DNA of 64,000 bases from an uncultured Bacteroides sp. (GTDB lineage Bacteria > Bacillota > Clostridia > Lachnospirales > Lachnospiraceae): the NCBI GenBank assembly GCA_964554405.1, contig CAZKOR010000001.1, positions 19,672 through 83,671 of the forward strand, given 5' to 3'. Below, piece by piece: positions 61,659 to 64,000 of the stretch (the first letter of the stretch is position 1; the number at the start of each line of letters is the position of its first letter). Made by a program: the position numbers and the translations under genes. Under the pieces are notes generated by a model. The model ran no database searches. It saw only the letters and a list, made by a program, of their open reading frames with translations, and had not been told where the DNA came from.

Positions 61659-62819
61659 ATGTCTGATACAGTAATCAAAATAGAGAACCTGAAAAAACAA
61701 TATAAATTAGATACAATTGGTGGGGCAACTCTTAATAAGGAAGAAAAGAGTAAACAGCGCTTAATATGGGTAGATTTACTGAGAGTGCTTGCCACATGGG
61801 GAGTCATTTCAATACATGGAAAAAGTTGTTATGAGTTCGAAGTAGGCACTTACAAGTGGGTTGAATACGGATTTATAAGTGCAGCATTTACATGTTGTGT
61901 ACCAGTTTTTTTGATGTTGAGCGGATATCTGTCTTTGCAAAGATGTGTTTCAATAGGAGATACGTTAAAAAAGAGAGCGCCTCGTGTAATATTAATGAAG
62001 CTTGTCAGCATGTTTTTACTGGCATTGAGTGGCGGCATGTATGCGTTGTTCAGGTCACAACCCATTATTTCGCAGATGAAATCTACCATAGGGAATTGGG
62101 GATATACAACACTTTATTTGTCAGTGCTTCTTGGTTGTTATCTTGTGACACCATTTTTGTATAAAATAACAGAGAACAGGGAACTTGAGAAATATTTCCT
62201 GTTGCTTTCTGTAGTATTTTGTTTTATCGTACCGGCTTTTACTGATCTTGAATATGTCAGAAGCGTGATGCCTCATTTTATAACAGACATTATGGAATGG
62301 TTGGATTTCGGGCAGGTGTATCTGCCTGTAGGGAGCGCAGCGTTGTTTGTATTAGGACATTATCTGGGTGTTATAAGTGAGAAAATCAGTAAAAAAGAAG
62401 CAGGTATATTTTTGGCTATAGGTTTTATAGTGTGGGAATTATCCACGTTATGGCAGCTGGCTGATTTGGAAAGGACATCTATATTATCGGTACTTAGATA
62501 TGGCAGGTATTATGGCAGTTATGTTGCCCCTTTGCTTACACTATATTCAGCTTCTGTATTTGTTTTCTTTAAAGTTGCCTGGGGGGGGGTATCCTTCGCT
62601 CCCAGAGTATCTAGCTGGATAGGTCATTTGGGTCGGAATTCCGTGTTGATTTATCTTTTGCATGGAAGCGTGATTAACATTTTAAGACCTATTATCCCAG
62701 CATTTTGGACGAGATCATTTATCGTTGAAACGGTAGTAGATGTGACAATTTATTTTGGAGTAGCATTTGTATTGTCACTTATTTTGGAGCGTATTCCGAT
62801 TGTGAAGAAGATATGTTAA
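61659..62819 (+). CDS. Acyltransferase family 3 with a Wzt-like N-terminal peptide and a G9 tract at 62581-62589
   Basis: WVDLLRVLA..VISIH, CVPVFLMLSG, GRNSVLIYLLH; first ~25 aa resemble the start of Wzt. Confidence 0.85.
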   Translation: MSDTVIKIENLKKQYKLDTIGGATLNKEEKSKQRLIWVDLLRVLATWGVISIHGKSCYEFEVGTYKWVEYGFISAAFTCCVPVFLMLSGYLSLQRCVSIGDTLKKRAPRVILMKLVSMFLLALSGGMYALFRSQPIISQMKSTIGNWGYTTLYLSVLLGCYLVTPFLYKITENRELEKYFLLLSVVFCFIVPAFTDLEYVRSVMPHFITDIMEWLDFGQVYLPVGSAALFVLGHYLGVISEKISKKEAGIFLAIGFIVWELSTLWQLADLERTSILSVLRYGRYYGSYVAPLLTLYSASVFVFFKVAWGGVSFAPRVSSWIGHLGRNSVLIYLLHGSVINILRPIIPAFWTRSFIVETVVDVTIYFGVAFVLSLILERIPIVKKIC

Positions 62820-62846
62820 GTAATAGAAGATATTGGGGAGAAAAGA

Positions 62847-63810
62847 ATGAAAATTGACATAGTGGTTCCTTGTTATAATGAACAGGATTGTATTAGACCA
62901 TTATATATGGAGATTAAAAAAGTATTTGATACAATCAATAAAGAGGCGTCAAATATAGAGGAGTCATATGCATATTCAATTTTATTTGTGAATGACGGAA
63001 GTAAAGATAATACCCTGGCAGAGATTAAGAAGTTAGAAGCAGAGGCTGGATCTTCGGTGATAAGGTATATTTCCTTTGCACGAAATTTTGGTAAGGAATC
63101 CGCCATATATGCTGGTTTTGAAAAAACGGGGGGGGGATTATATCGTACTCATGGATGCAGATTTACAGCATCCTCCAACTTTAATTCCTGAGATGCTTAA
63201 CGCAATGAAAGAGGGTTATGATTGTGCCGGAGCTCGCCGTGTATCAAGAGGAGGAGAGCCGCCGATACGTAGTTTATTGGCGAATTGTTTTTATAAATTT
63301 ATTAATAAAGTTACATGTATGGAGTTAGTGTCCGGAGGCTCAGACTATCGCATGATGACAAAGCAGATGGTAGAAGCTATTGTATCACTTTCTGAAAGAG
63401 AACGTTTTATTAAAGGAATTATGTCATGGGTCGGTTTTGAAACTAAGTGGATTGAGTATGAAAATGTTGAACGTTTTTCAGGGCAGACTAAGTGGTCATT
63501 TTTCGGACTTGTCAGATATGCTTGGAACGGGTTTGTTAGTTTTGCGACTACACCACTTCGTGCGGTAGTATATTTTGGATTATTTATAGTTTTTATTGCG
63601 GTTGCAGGAGTTTTAAAAATAATTGTAGATAGTATGCGATATGGAACTCCGGGAAACGGAATTGCGACTCTTATGGTGTTGATTCTATTCTTTAGTGGTG
63701 TCATCATTACAATATTAGGTGTTATAGGAGAGTATATCGCCAGAATATATCTGGAGTTGAAACATAGACCGGTATATATTGAGAAAGAAACAAATATTGT
63801 GAAGGAATAA
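62847..63810 (+). pseudogene. GtrB-like bactoprenol glycosyltransferase, frameshifted at G9 63128-63136 (phase-OFF or assembly error)
   Basis: IVVPCYNE, VNDGSKD, FARNFGKESA in one frame; DYIVLMDADLQHPP...GEYIARIYLELKHRP in another; G8 would restore the frame. Confidence 0.85.
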
Positions 63811-64000
63811 AGCTTCTTTTAGCCAAAAGGATTGATTACCAGAAAGAGAAGTTTGAAAATCTTTTCCGGTGTAAAAAGGCGTATAGGGATTTTAGGATTA
63901 ATCAGATTCAAATGGCTGATATGGAATTTGTTGATTTGCTAACTGCCCGAGAGCGAATATTAACTATATAATTATGACACAGTAGATACGAGTATTGAGG

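Noticed and set aside
194-63707. Numerous short minus-strand and alternate-frame ORFs (60-223 aa), e.g. 29105-29776 and 12702-13226
   Set aside because: They overlap well-supported + strand genes, have no recognisable motifs and look like antisense shadows
1-64000. CRISPR arrays, rRNA/tRNA, transposases, integrases, invertible-promoter repeats
   Set aside because: No regularly spaced repeats, RNA-like segments, DDE or tyrosine/serine recombinase motifs, or convincing paired inverted repeats were seen by eye
63811-64000. Terminal non-coding stretch with TATAAT near 63967
   Set aside because: No -35 at proper spacing and the downstream gene is outside the window

Overview
This is an AT-rich bacterial window, probably a gut Firmicute (Lachnospiraceae-like; inferred from gene style, not proven). 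It is almost entirely one very large, co-oriented (+ strand) surface-glycan locus of about 55 genes. It holds a Wzy-like polymerase, two PglK/MsbA-type ABC flippases plus a Wzm/Wzt exporter, about 20 glycosyltransferases, and three polyprenol-P glycosyltransferases with GT-C-like membrane partners. It also holds four acyltransferase-3 genes, an SGNH esterase, a pyruvyltransferase, two radical-SAM enzymes and several nucleotide-sugar modules. Main unusual observations: (1) a coupled two-gene module (121-aa unknown + SAMHD1/YdhJ-like HD phosphohydrolase) in a ~3.7-kb island flanked by a duplicated glycosyltransferase 3' end, a candidate anti-phage dNTPase system; (2) five G8-G9 tracts, all inside glycan-decorating genes, one currently frameshifting a GtrB-like gene, suggesting combinatorial phase variation; (3) cassettes bounded by duplicated gene ends (a perfect 40-bp repeat, a ~310-bp diverged repeat, and a Wzt N-terminus fused to an acyltransferase); (4) a CMP-ulosonate-like module with a DRE-TIM aldolase and no NeuB/KdsA. 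I saw no RNA genes, CRISPR arrays, transposases or integrases. All family calls are from motif recognition by eye, not database searches.
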